This document shows positions 10,447 through 19,997 of a stretch of DNA of 64,000 bases, in pieces. Made by a program: the position numbers and the translations under genes. The notes below the pieces were generated by a model that made no database searches, was not told where the DNA came from, and saw only the letters and a list, made by a program, of their open reading frames with translations. How positions within the stretch are numbered: position 1 is the stretch's first letter; each line of letters begins with the position of its first letter. Origin of the DNA: Draconibacterium sp. (lineage in GTDB: Bacteria > Bacteroidota > Bacteroidia > Bacteroidales > Prolixibacteraceae); the NCBI GenBank assembly GCA_037442685.1, contig JBBIPU010000001.1, forward strand, positions 25,626 through 89,625, given 5' to 3'.

Positions 10447-12231
10447 TTAATAAACGTCCTGCTGAAACCTTTTTTCCCTTTTAAGTTTCTTTACATAATC
10501 TTCTGCTTTTCCAATACTTACGCCACCTTGTGCCATGATAATTTCGAGAAGGGTTTTATTAACATCTTTTGCCATCGATTTCATATCGCCACAAAGGTAA
10601 AAATGCGCGCCATCTTCGAGCCATCTGTAAATTTCCTCCTGATTTTCGAGCATTTTGTGCTGAACGTAGATTTTATCCTCCTGGTCGCGGGAGAAAGCCA
10701 CTTCCATTCTTTCCAGATGGTTCGATTCAAGCCATTTTTGCCATTCTTCGCGGTACAGGAAATCGTTTTTCAACTTTCTGTCGCCGAAAAAAAGCCATGT
10801 GCCGCCAGTTTTGTTGTCGGTTTCGCGTTGCTGCATGAATGCGCGGTAAGGTGCGATGCCTGTTCCGGCGCCCACCATTATTAATTTTGCCCCGTTTGCA
10901 GGAAGCTTAAATGATGGATTTTTTTCGATGTAAACAGGAATCTGGTCGTCGATTTCGATGTTGTCGGCCAGAAGTGACGAACAGGCGCCGTTTCTCAACC
11001 TGTTTTTACGCTCGTATCTGACCACTGAAACAGTTGCATGAATTTCATCGCCCACTGTGTCCTGGCTCGACGAAATGGAATAAAGCCGTGGAGGAAGCTG
11101 GCGCAATATCCCTGCAAGTTTATCCGGATTCCATTCAAAAGGAAAATCCTCAAGAAGATCTAACAAATCGTGCCCGAAAAGATATTCGTCAATTTGGTTT
11201 TCATCTGCAATCAGATTACCAAGATCGCGATTTTCAGTAACCTCGTAATATTTTCTCACAGTATCGAAAGTCAGTACAGTTATTTCAAAATGATGGGTCA
11301 AAGCTTCCCTGATGGTCATTTCACCTGTTTCAAGGAAAACTTTGTGATCCGGATCAAATCCTGTGTATTCAATAATCTGTTCAACAAGCAATTCAGGATT
11401 TTTAGCAAAAATACCCACCGAATCGCCCGGTTCGTAAACCATCCCCGATTCTTCAACCGACAATTCAATATGATAAACCTCCTTGTCCGATTCATTCCCC
11501 GAAATTCTTACTTTTTCCAGAACAGTTGCCATAAAAGGATTCTTTTTCGAATATTCCTCCACCGGCAATTTTTCTGATGTTTCAATCTTCACTTTCGATT
11601 CGGAAGGTGCGATATTCAGCAGGAAATTATTCATCCAGATTTCTGCGTTCATTTCGTAATCAACATCGCATTTAACAATTGGGGTAATTCTGAACGCTCC
11701 GAGTTGTTTAATTGCCTGGTCGATGTCTTCACCTGTTTTACAGAAATGCTTGTACGATTTGTCGCCAAGCGCCAACACTGAATAACTCAGATTCTGAAGT
11801 TTTGGCGCCCTTTTTCCTGTGATAAATTTGTAAAAGTCAGCGGCCATGTCAGGCGGATCGCCCTCTCCGTGAGTACTGACAATTATGGCAATATTCTCTT
11901 CATCAGGTAATTTTCTTACGTCGTAATCGTACAAATTAAAAACACTTGCTTTAATATTCTTATTAATTGCTTTTTCTGCCAGTTTTTCAGCCAGTTCGTG
12001 CGAATGCCCTGTTTCAGAACCAAAAAGAATAGTAAGATTTGCAAAGATTTCAGGTTCGCTTTTTACACCAGGCACTGAAACCGAAACTGAAGTAACCGGT
12101 CCCGGGATCAGGGAAAGGCGTCCTTCAAAAAAACCATGAAGCCAGATTGTCTGTTCCGCAGTCAGCTCTTTCACAAGTTCTTCAAGTGCGTTTCGTTGTT
12201 TATCATTAAGCGGATTTGATCTCAGATTCAT
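10447..12231 (-). CDS. cysJ: Diflavin (FMN + FAD/NADPH) reductase, CysJ-like sulfite reductase flavoprotein alpha component
   Basis: Flavodoxin module LTILFGSETGHSHELAE...VSTHGEGDPPD, FAD site RLYSISSS, NADPH site GAGTGIAPYRAFMQ and YLCGD. The start is set at the ATG at 12231, because the track start at 12285 is a TTG. No cysI is present in the window. Confidence 0.8.
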   Translation of the reverse strand: MNLRSNPLNDKQRNALEELVKELTAEQTIWLHGFFEGRLSLIPGPVTSVSVSVPGVKSEPEIFANLTILFGSETGHSHELAEKLAEKAINKNIKASVFNLYDYDVRKLPDEENIAIIVSTHGEGDPPDMAADFYKFITGKRAPKLQNLSYSVLALGDKSYKHFCKTGEDIDQAIKQLGAFRITPIVKCDVDYEMNAEIWMNNFLLNIAPSESKVKIETSEKLPVEEYSKKNPFMATVLEKVRISGNESDKEVYHIELSVEESGMVYEPGDSVGIFAKNPELLVEQIIEYTGFDPDHKVFLETGEMTIREALTHHFEITVLTFDTVRKYYEVTENRDLGNLIADENQIDEYLFGHDLLDLLEDFPFEWNPDKLAGILRQLPPRLYSISSSQDTVGDEIHATVSVVRYERKNRLRNGACSSLLADNIEIDDQIPVYIEKNPSFKLPANGAKLIMVGAGTGIAPYRAFMQQRETDNKTGGTWLFFGDRKLKNDFLYREEWQKWLESNHLERMEVAFSRDQEDKIYVQHKMLENQEEIYRWLEDGAHFYLCGDMKSMAKDVNKTLLEIIMAQGGVSIGKAEDYVKKLKREKRFQQDVY

Positions 12232-12598
12232 TTCAAAACAAATTTTATAAATATCTTCCTGTAAAAAATAACTGTTACCGTACAATTCATTAAAACATTG
12301 TATTCCTGATCAGGTTTAAACGTCATTTATTCCAATCGAATCTTATTAAGCAAATAAATGGCGAAATTGTTTACCGTTTTCAGAAGAAAATAAAACCTTC
12401 AAAATTGAAAAAGCTAAATAAAAATTGCGTTAAAATCGAATTTAATCGATTGTAAATATGTGGTTTGAATAAGATAGTCCTTAAAAACAGCTTAAAAATA
12501 AATTTGACAGAAAAACAGGAAAAACCACACTTCTGGATAATGTTTTATATCACATTTTAACTTATTTTTTATCCTCTTGGATGTTAATAAAATATTAC

Positions 12599-12606
12599 TA
12601 TTTTTG
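12599..12606 (+). promoter_or_regulatory. Candidate -7 box TATTTTTG upstream of the EF-G paralog
   Basis: Exact TAnnTTTG match 61 nt upstream of the ATG at 12667, inside a 380-bp AT-rich divergent intergenic region. Confidence 0.45.
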
Positions 12607-12666
12607 GTGGCCTTATCCGAAAAAATTCCGGTGGGAGAATAATATAAAATCAAAAATTAATATAAA

Positions 12667-14823
12667 ATGAAAGTTTACAAAACGAATCAGATTCGTAATA
12701 TCACGTTAGTTGGGAATGCTGGCAGTGGGAAAACCACCCTTGCAGAAGCGATGCTTTTCGAGGGTGGAGTTATCAACCGAAGGGGTGAAATCACATCCAA
12801 AAACACAGTTTCAGATTATACACAGATTGAACAGGATTACGGCAATTCGGTGTATTCATCGGTAATGTACACAGAAATTAACGGAAAAAAGATCAATATC
12901 ATCGATGCTCCCGGCATGGATGATTTATGTGGAAGCGTGGTTTCGTCGTTGTATGTTACAGACCTGGCAGTGATTACAATAAATTGCACAAACGGTGTTG
13001 AAGCAGGAACCGAAAGTGCTTACCGGCATGCCGATTCAGCGCATATTCCGGTTGTATTTGCCTTTAACCAGCTCGATCACGATAATTCTAATTACGATTC
13101 AGCGCTCGAACAGTGCAAAAATTCGTTCGGAAACAAGGTAACTGTCATTCAGTATCCTGTTGATGCCGGCCCTGGTTTTACTTCAATAATCGATGTATTG
13201 AAGATGAAAATGTACAAATACGGCAAAGATGGCGGCAAACCCGAAGTATTGGAAATACCGGCTTCGGAATTGGACAAAGCCACTGAATTGCATAACGAAC
13301 TGGTTGAAATGGCAGCCGAAAACGAAGAATCGCTGATGGAGCTTTATTTTGAACAGGGATCACTTTCGGAAGAAGACATGCGCAAGGGAATCCGTCTCGG
13401 AATTCTGGACCGCAGCCTTTACCCGGTTCTTTGTACCGGTGCAAAAAAGAATATTGGCGTTAGCCGTTTGCTCGAATTCATCGGAAATAACGCTCCGGCA
13501 TCTGACGAAAGAAATAAAATCGGTGTGGTAAGTGGAAAAGAATCGCCGATGGTTGAAACTGAAAAACCCAGTTTGTTTGTTTTCAAAACTTCGGTCGAAT
13601 CGCACGTAGGTGAAATAACCTATTTTAAAGTAATGTCGGGAAAAATAACCGAAGGACTGGATCTGATCAACACCACCACTGCCAACAAGGAAAGGCTTTC
13701 GCAAATATTTGTATCGGCCGGTAAAAACCGTGAAAAAATTGAAGAACTGGTGGCTGGCGATATCGGTTGCACTGTAAAACTGAAGGAAACCAAATACAAT
13801 CATACACTGGCAACCAAAGAAAATGACACAAAATATGCCCCGATTAAATTCCCGCTGCCAAGAATTTCCGTGGCGATGAAAGCCAAAAATGAATCGGATG
13901 ATGAAAAGGTTGGCGAAGTACTGAATAAAATGAAATTTGAGGATCCGACTTACCTTGTGGAATACTCAAAAGAATTAAAACAAATGATTGTTCAGGGACA
14001 GGGCGAATACCACCTGAATATTCTGAAATGGTATTTTGATCATGTTTATAAAATCGAAGTAGAAACATTTGCTCCAAAAATACCATACCGCGAAACAATA
14101 ACAAAATCTGCACAGGCCGATTACCGCCACAAAAAACAGTCAGGTGGAGCCGGTCAATTTGGTGAGGTACATCTGATTATTGAGCCTTTCGAAGAAGGTG
14201 TTGCACCAAAAAATATGTTTAAGTTTGGTGAAAAAGAACAAAAAATTTCGGTTCGCGACACACAGGAATATACACTTCCATGGGGTGGAAAACTGATTTA
14301 TCACAACTGTATCGTTGGTGGATCGATCGATGCCCGTTTCATGCCTGCCATTTTAAAGGGAATCATGGAAAAAATGGAAGAAGGTCCGCTGACAGGATCG
14401 TATGCACGCGACATCAGGGTTTATGTTTACGATGGTAAAATGCACCCTGTCGATTCAAACGAAATCTCGTTCAGGCTTGCCGGAAGAAATGCTTTCAGCA
14501 AGGCATTTAAAAACGCCGGTGCAAAGATCCTCGAACCCATTTTCAATTTAAATGTCTGGGTTCCTTCCGACAGAATGGGCGATACAATGAGCGACCTTCA
14601 GGGACGCCGTGCCATGATTATGGGAATGGGATCGGAAAGAGGACTTGAAAAAATCACTGCAAGAGTGCCTTTGAAAGAAATGTACAAATACACAACTTCG
14701 CTTAGTTCAATCACCGGAGGCCGTGGCTTGTTCAATATGGAATTCAGCGAATATGAAAAAGTTCCGGCAGAAGTACAGGATGAACTGCTCAAAGCATACT
14801 CAGAAGAGCAGGAAGAAGAATAG
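12667..14823 (+). CDS. Elongation factor G paralog (EF-G2-like) with non-canonical G3 and G4 motifs
   Basis: 718 aa with EF-G five-domain length and layout. G1 is GNAGSGKTTL. G3 reads DAPGM instead of DTPGH, and G4 reads NQLD instead of NKMD. The canonical fusA is at 1-949 in the same window. Confidence 0.85.
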   Translation: MKVYKTNQIRNITLVGNAGSGKTTLAEAMLFEGGVINRRGEITSKNTVSDYTQIEQDYGNSVYSSVMYTEINGKKINIIDAPGMDDLCGSVVSSLYVTDLAVITINCTNGVEAGTESAYRHADSAHIPVVFAFNQLDHDNSNYDSALEQCKNSFGNKVTVIQYPVDAGPGFTSIIDVLKMKMYKYGKDGGKPEVLEIPASELDKATELHNELVEMAAENEESLMELYFEQGSLSEEDMRKGIRLGILDRSLYPVLCTGAKKNIGVSRLLEFIGNNAPASDERNKIGVVSGKESPMVETEKPSLFVFKTSVESHVGEITYFKVMSGKITEGLDLINTTTANKERLSQIFVSAGKNREKIEELVAGDIGCTVKLKETKYNHTLATKENDTKYAPIKFPLPRISVAMKAKNESDDEKVGEVLNKMKFEDPTYLVEYSKELKQMIVQGQGEYHLNILKWYFDHVYKIEVETFAPKIPYRETITKSAQADYRHKKQSGGAGQFGEVHLIIEPFEEGVAPKNMFKFGEKEQKISVRDTQEYTLPWGGKLIYHNCIVGGSIDARFMPAILKGIMEKMEEGPLTGSYARDIRVYVYDGKMHPVDSNEISFRLAGRNAFSKAFKNAGAKILEPIFNLNVWVPSDRMGDTMSDLQGRRAMIMGMGSERGLEKITARVPLKEMYKYTTSLSSITGGRGLFNMEFSEYEKVPAEVQDELLKAYSEEQEEE

Positions 14824-14862
14824 AAATTTTCTAATCCAATTTTAGTAATATCTAATTCAGAG

Positions 14863-14895
14863 ACCCTGGTTCGCAAGAACCGGGGTTTTCTTTTT
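14863..14895 (+). terminator. Rho-independent terminator of the EF-G paralog
   Basis: 10-bp stem ACCCTGGTTC/GAACCGGGGT (one G-U pair), a GCAA tetraloop, then TTTCTTTTT. Confidence 0.7.
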
Positions 14896-14971
14896 GTCAA
14901 TTTTTGCCCGGTTTGGTTTTTAAAGGTTGCCAGTTTTTCGTAAATTGCAGGGAACTAAAAAATTACAACCG

Positions 14972-15910
14972 ATGAATATCCATTTCAGCCTTCCGCTTAC
15001 CAAGGCATTTGACCGAATGAAAAAAGCCTTGTTTCAGCCTTTCGATATTACAAAATGGTTCAGGATAGGTTTTACTGCCTGGCTGGCGGGATTGACTGAC
15101 TGCAATGGCGGAGGTAACGGAAGATACGGAAACAGTTCTCACAATCAATGGGATGAATTTTTCAATTTTCCGCAAACTGCCTGGAACTGGCTCATTGACA
15201 ATCCACTTTGGTTTAATCTGATCATTTTGGGAGTAATAATGCTTTTCGTTTTGGTTACTGTCTTTACTTGGATCAGTTCGCGTGGAAAATTTATGTTTTT
15301 GCTTAATGTGATACACGATAATTCCGAAATAAGTGAACCCTGGCATGAATACCGCAGGGAAGGCAATTCCCTGTTTTTCTGGCAATTCTTTTTCGGTTGG
15401 TTAGCTTTTGCAGTTTTTATGGTGTTTTTAGTTTACTGTTTTGTAACTGCAAAAACCCTTTATTTTGGCGATTTTCCAAAAATTGCCATTTTCTGGTCGG
15501 TTGCAATGCTGGTTTTAATCTTCATCGGATTGCTGATCGTTTTCGGATATATTTCACTGTTTCTGAAAGATTTTGTTGTGCCAATCATGTATAAACACAG
15601 GATTGGTGTTTTGCAGGGATGGACAAAGTTTCTCGGTTTGTTTTTCAGAAATTTCTTTCCATTTGTGGGATATGGCATGTTTGTGTTTATCCTTGGAATA
15701 GCAGTGGCCTTTATTGTGATATTTTTTGCACTTGTCACATGTTGCATCGGGCTGCTGATTTTGTTCATTCCGTATTTAGGAGCAGTTGTAATTTTACCCA
15801 TCAGTTATACTTTCAGGGCTTTCAGTATCGAATTCCTGGCACAATTTGGCGATAATTTTAATGTTTATCCGTCGGGAAATGAAGATGTTGCGATTGAACC
15901 GACTATCTAA
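14972..15910 (+). CDS. Hypothetical polytopic membrane protein
   Basis: About 312 aa from the ATG at 14972 (the track start at 14927 is a TTG). It has at least 6 hydrophobic helices, and I recognise no family. Confidence 0.6.
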   Translation: MNIHFSLPLTKAFDRMKKALFQPFDITKWFRIGFTAWLAGLTDCNGGGNGRYGNSSHNQWDEFFNFPQTAWNWLIDNPLWFNLIILGVIMLFVLVTVFTWISSRGKFMFLLNVIHDNSEISEPWHEYRREGNSLFFWQFFFGWLAFAVFMVFLVYCFVTAKTLYFGDFPKIAIFWSVAMLVLIFIGLLIVFGYISLFLKDFVVPIMYKHRIGVLQGWTKFLGLFFRNFFPFVGYGMFVFILGIAVAFIVIFFALVTCCIGLLILFIPYLGAVVILPISYTFRAFSIEFLAQFGDNFNVYPSGNEDVAIEPTI

Positions 15911-16070
15911 AATTTTAAATATTGATGAGATTTGATGAATTTCAGTTCAGCTCTGACGGAAACGGCGTATCACAAACAGGTTCAAAATCGTTTTAGTCTG
16001 AAATCAGATCGGAAATAATGATCTAAAATGCTTTTTTTCAGGATTTTTTGAATAGTGGTACACTGAAAAA

Positions 16071-17375
16071 TCAGTCCTTGTCCCTGAAAAGATGGAAGAA
16101 TCCGTGTGCACGTCTTCGCTCGCCATCGCGCCCCTCGCCTACCACATTGTAATAATAAACACCGGGACTTGCATACCTGCCTCCCATTCCGCGGCCATCC
16201 CAAACAGTTTCGGTCCAGGTTCCTTCAAAACCCCTGACATCTCCGCTTTCCCAATGATGAACCCGTTTCCCCCACCGGTTGTAAATATCGATCTCAATAC
16301 TCTGCATCGACCAGAATTTCACCACGAATTCATCGTTGGTTCCATCCCCGTTCGGCGTAAAAACATTGGGAACAGCAATAAACGAAGTATCTGCCACAAT
16401 ATAATCACCCAGATAAAATGTATCGACACAAACCTGCTGACCTGTAATTTTTTTCGATACAAGTTTTACCATGTAAGTACCCGAATTTTCGTAAGTATAA
16501 ACCGGGCTGTCGTCGTAAGCGATAATTTCAATACTGTCAACCGGTGTTGTTGAACCCTGCGATTCCCTTTTTATCTGGTCCAGATCGCGAAAGAAAAACC
16601 ATTCATACTGTCCGGGTGTTCCGTTTTTCGAATTATTTGTAAAAGTCACGGTCAGGGGCGCTTCACCATTTTGTTTGTCAACACTGAAATCCGCTTTTGT
16701 GACAATAGAATTGTAGGTAACAACCGCCGAGTTTTGGCACGAAAATTTATCGTAAACTCTCAGTGTGTAATCGGTATTTTGTGCAGGCGGATTAAAAATC
16801 TGCGGATTCAGCACTGCAGCAATAATTTCCGATCCGCTTTCCCACTGTACTTTAACTCCCTTGTTTAGTTCAATTGCGGCATTGCTTGCCAAATCGTAAT
16901 AAGTCAATATTGCAGTGGTGTAAGAGCCGTTTAATTTAAACCAGTCGCAGTTCGATTCTGTAATTGCCGCTGCCGGCGTAAACCAGTCGTTAAAAACCCA
17001 TGCTCTTTCAGTGTAAGTATTTGCAGCCTGTGTTATTGTTACCCGGTAACATCCGTCAGCTAACCCGTTTATTTCCGATGATTGAGCAGAAATGCTTTCT
17101 GAAAAATAAAATTCAAACGAACCGTTGCCCGGATTGTATTTTTCCCATAAAAAAGTTTTACTTCCGGTCCAGGTTGTATTTGCCCTCAGCGCTGCGTTTG
17201 CTGCGCCTTCCACAGGAACACAAAAAATATAAATACTGTCGGTTTCAGCAAAAACCGGGTAGCTTGTTTTATCCGATCCTGATGATCCGGGAGCTGTTAT
17301 CTGAGCACCCGCAACGCCGGTCAGTAAAAACATTACCACAACAAATACAGAATTCAGAAAGCTTTTGCTATTCAT
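16071..17375 (-). CDS. Secreted PKD-domain protein with T9SS type-B (gliding-motility-associated) C-terminal sorting domain
   Basis: The C-terminus VPNVFTPNGDGTNDEFVVKF...GVYYYNV...GFFHLFRD is the type-B CTD signature. A PKD-like segment (GEAPLTVTFTNNS...YEW) lies in the middle. The signal peptide starts from the ATG at 17375. Confidence 0.8.
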   Translation of the reverse strand: MNSKSFLNSVFVVVMFLLTGVAGAQITAPGSSGSDKTSYPVFAETDSIYIFCVPVEGAANAALRANTTWTGSKTFLWEKYNPGNGSFEFYFSESISAQSSEINGLADGCYRVTITQAANTYTERAWVFNDWFTPAAAITESNCDWFKLNGSYTTAILTYYDLASNAAIELNKGVKVQWESGSEIIAAVLNPQIFNPPAQNTDYTLRVYDKFSCQNSAVVTYNSIVTKADFSVDKQNGEAPLTVTFTNNSKNGTPGQYEWFFFRDLDQIKRESQGSTTPVDSIEIIAYDDSPVYTYENSGTYMVKLVSKKITGQQVCVDTFYLGDYIVADTSFIAVPNVFTPNGDGTNDEFVVKFWSMQSIEIDIYNRWGKRVHHWESGDVRGFEGTWTETVWDGRGMGGRYASPGVYYYNVVGEGRDGERRRAHGFFHLFRDKD

Positions 17376-17525
17376 AAAAAAACAATTGATGTGCAATATT
17401 AACGTATAATTTTTATTTAATTGTTTGCACTGCTGTAAAAATCCGATTTACTGACGAAATTTGAACATTGACAATTTTGTTGATAAAACACCGCAACAAA
17501 ACAGACGAAACCTTTGAACATCTTT

Positions 17526-17533
17526 TACTTTTG
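17526..17533 (+). promoter_or_regulatory. Candidate -7 box TACTTTTG upstream of the helicase gene
   Basis: Exact TAnnTTTG match 30 nt upstream of the GTG start at 17563. Confidence 0.4.
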
Positions 17534-17562
17534 TGTTTTTTTAATGAAAAACAATCTTTATT

Positions 17563-19890
17563 GTGCTCGATTATTTAAAAGAACTGAATAAGGCTCAGTA
17601 TGAAGCTGTTGTACACACCGAAGGACCGGCATTGATCATTGCGGGCGCCGGATCGGGGAAAACCCGCGTATTAACCTACCGGATTGCACATTTGCTGAAA
17701 CAGGGAGTGAGGCCATCGACAATTCTGGCATTGACTTTTACAAACAAAGCGGCCCGCGAAATGAAAGACCGTATTTCGGTGGTTGTGGGTGAAAACACAG
17801 CGCGCTATTTGTGGATGGGCACGTTTCACAGCATCTTTGCAAGGATTCTGCGGACTGAACACGAAATTCTGGGCTATCCGGCAAATTTTACAATTTACGA
17901 CAGCTCCGACAGCAAAAGCCTGATTAAAACAATTATCAAGAGTTTTGGATTAGACGATAAAATCTATAAACCGGGCACTGTTGCCAGCCGCATTTCGATG
18001 GCAAAAAATAACCTGATCACTCCCAATGTTTATGCCAACGAAACTGAAATCAGACTGGTTGACAAAAACATGAGAATGCCTGCAATCGCAGAAATTTACA
18101 GGGAATATGTAAAACGGTCGTTTTTGTCGGGTGCAATGGATTTCGATGATCTGCTGCTGAAAACAAACCTTCTTTTCCGCGATCATCCTGAAATTCTGGC
18201 AAAATATCTCGACCGGTTCGATTATGTTCTTGTTGATGAATACCAGGATACCAATTACGCCCAATACCTGATCATTAAAAAACTGTCGTCAAAAACAAAT
18301 AACATCTGTGTTGTCGGCGACGATGCACAAAGTATTTATTCATTCCGCGGTGCACGCATTGAAAATATCCTCAACTTCAAAATCGATTATCCTGATCATA
18401 AAATTTTTAAGCTCGAACAAAATTACAGATCGACCCAAACCATCGTAAATGCTGCGAACCATGTGATTTCGAAAAATAAAAAACAAATTCCGAAAACAGT
18501 GTTCTCGGAAAAAGAACACGGAAAACCGATCAAGGTTATTTCGGCGCTTACAGATAATGAAGAAGGTTTTATGGTGGTTCAGGAAATTGCTGAAACACAG
18601 TTGCGCAACCATTATAAAAACGAAGATTATGCAATTTTGTACCGTACCAATGCCCAATCGAGAATTTTTGAAGAAGCGCTCAGGAAAAGAAATATTCCAT
18701 ACAAAATATACGGAGGGCTGAGTTTTTACCAGCGCAAGGAAATTAAGGATTTGCTCGCGTATTTCAGGTTAACAATCAACCCGGCCGACAACGAAGCGCT
18801 GAAACGCGTGATCAATTTCCCTGCCCGCGGAATCGGGGCCGCAACAATCGAAAAAATCGAAAATGCTGCATCGGAAAACAACAGTTCGATGTGGAATATT
18901 ATTGAAAACCTGGAAACTGGCAACGATGCCGGATTAAACAAAGGAACAATTTCAAAGGTCCTGAATTTCAGAAATATTATAAAAAAATACCAGACAATTT
19001 CGGTTGAAAACGATGCTTTCAATACGTCGAAATTGATTGCCGAAGATTCGGGAATTCTGATCGAACTTTATAACGATAAATCTCCCGAAGGAGTGAGCCG
19101 TTTTGACAATATCCAGGAGTTGCTGAATGCCATCCAGGAATTCACAATCAATGCACTCGAAACCGGAGAATCGGCCAGGCTGCCTGATTTTCTGGAAGAT
19201 GTGGCTTTACTGACCGACCAGGACACGGAAAAAGACGAAGACCGCGACAAAGTAACTTTAATGACAGTGCATTCGGCCAAAGGACTGGAATTTAAAAATG
19301 TTTTCATCGTCGGGCTTGAAGAAAACCTTTTTCCGTCGCAACACCAGGATCAAAAACAAAGCGAAGGATCGCTTGAAGAAGAACGCCGTCTGTTTTACGT
19401 GGCTTTGACACGTGCCAAGGAAAATGTCTGGTTTTCGTACGCCAATCAGCGCTACCGCTGGGGAAACCTCGATTTTTGCTCTCCCAGCCGGTTTCTGGAA
19501 GAAATGGATGAGAGATTTCTGGATCAGTCCGGATTTTCAGGTTTCAGGCAAAACCAACGTAAAAGTTTTACATCCGATCCTGAAATGGATAACCTTAGAC
19601 CCAAATTTAACAAGTCATATTCGGCCCCTGTTTTTAAATCACTGAATCAGCAAAACATATTTGGCAGAAAACCCGTTACATTAAGCGAAAACCCTGAACA
19701 ATCGTCATTTGCCGGCGATGATCCGTTAAAAATACAATCGGGAATGGTGGTTGAACATCAAAGGTTCGGAGAAGGGAAAGTGTTAAAAATTGAAGGCGAA
19801 ATGCCAAATATCAAGGCAACTATATTTTTTCAGAGTTCAGGGCAGAAGCAGTTACTGCTGAAATTTGCCCGGCTAAAAATCAAAGGTTGA
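17563..19890 (+). CDS. ATP-dependent DNA helicase, UvrD/PcrA/Rep family
   Basis: 775 aa from a GTG start. Motif I is AGAGSGKTRVLTYR, motif II is VLVDEYQDTN, followed by LEQNYRST, and motif VI is TVHSAKGLEF...LFYVALTRA. Confidence 0.92.
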   Translation: MLDYLKELNKAQYEAVVHTEGPALIIAGAGSGKTRVLTYRIAHLLKQGVRPSTILALTFTNKAAREMKDRISVVVGENTARYLWMGTFHSIFARILRTEHEILGYPANFTIYDSSDSKSLIKTIIKSFGLDDKIYKPGTVASRISMAKNNLITPNVYANETEIRLVDKNMRMPAIAEIYREYVKRSFLSGAMDFDDLLLKTNLLFRDHPEILAKYLDRFDYVLVDEYQDTNYAQYLIIKKLSSKTNNICVVGDDAQSIYSFRGARIENILNFKIDYPDHKIFKLEQNYRSTQTIVNAANHVISKNKKQIPKTVFSEKEHGKPIKVISALTDNEEGFMVVQEIAETQLRNHYKNEDYAILYRTNAQSRIFEEALRKRNIPYKIYGGLSFYQRKEIKDLLAYFRLTINPADNEALKRVINFPARGIGAATIEKIENAASENNSSMWNIIENLETGNDAGLNKGTISKVLNFRNIIKKYQTISVENDAFNTSKLIAEDSGILIELYNDKSPEGVSRFDNIQELLNAIQEFTINALETGESARLPDFLEDVALLTDQDTEKDEDRDKVTLMTVHSAKGLEFKNVFIVGLEENLFPSQHQDQKQSEGSLEEERRLFYVALTRAKENVWFSYANQRYRWGNLDFCSPSRFLEEMDERFLDQSGFSGFRQNQRKSFTSDPEMDNLRPKFNKSYSAPVFKSLNQQNIFGRKPVTLSENPEQSSFAGDDPLKIQSGMVVEHQRFGEGKVLKIEGEMPNIKATIFFQSSGQKQLLLKFARLKIKG

Positions 19891-19933
19891 AAAGATACAT
19901 TTGAATAAAAATTGCGTTTTGTACAGAAATAAT

Positions 19934-19941
19934 TAGTTTTG
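19934..19941 (+). promoter_or_regulatory. Candidate -7 box TAGTTTTG upstream of DUF4290-murA
   Basis: Exact TAnnTTTG match 57 nt upstream of the ATG at 19998. Confidence 0.4.
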
Positions 19942-19997
19942 CAAAAAAAATCACCTGAACCCTTTTAACAATTACATATTTTAATCTATCAGTAAAA

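Noticed and set aside
12667-14823. The EF-G paralog as a Tet(M)/Tet(Q)-type ribosomal protection protein, which would be a resistance gene.
   Set aside because: Ribosomal protection proteins are about 640 aa and keep DTPGH in G3. This protein is 718 aa with full EF-G length and has DAPGM, so it fits the EF-G2-type paralog better.
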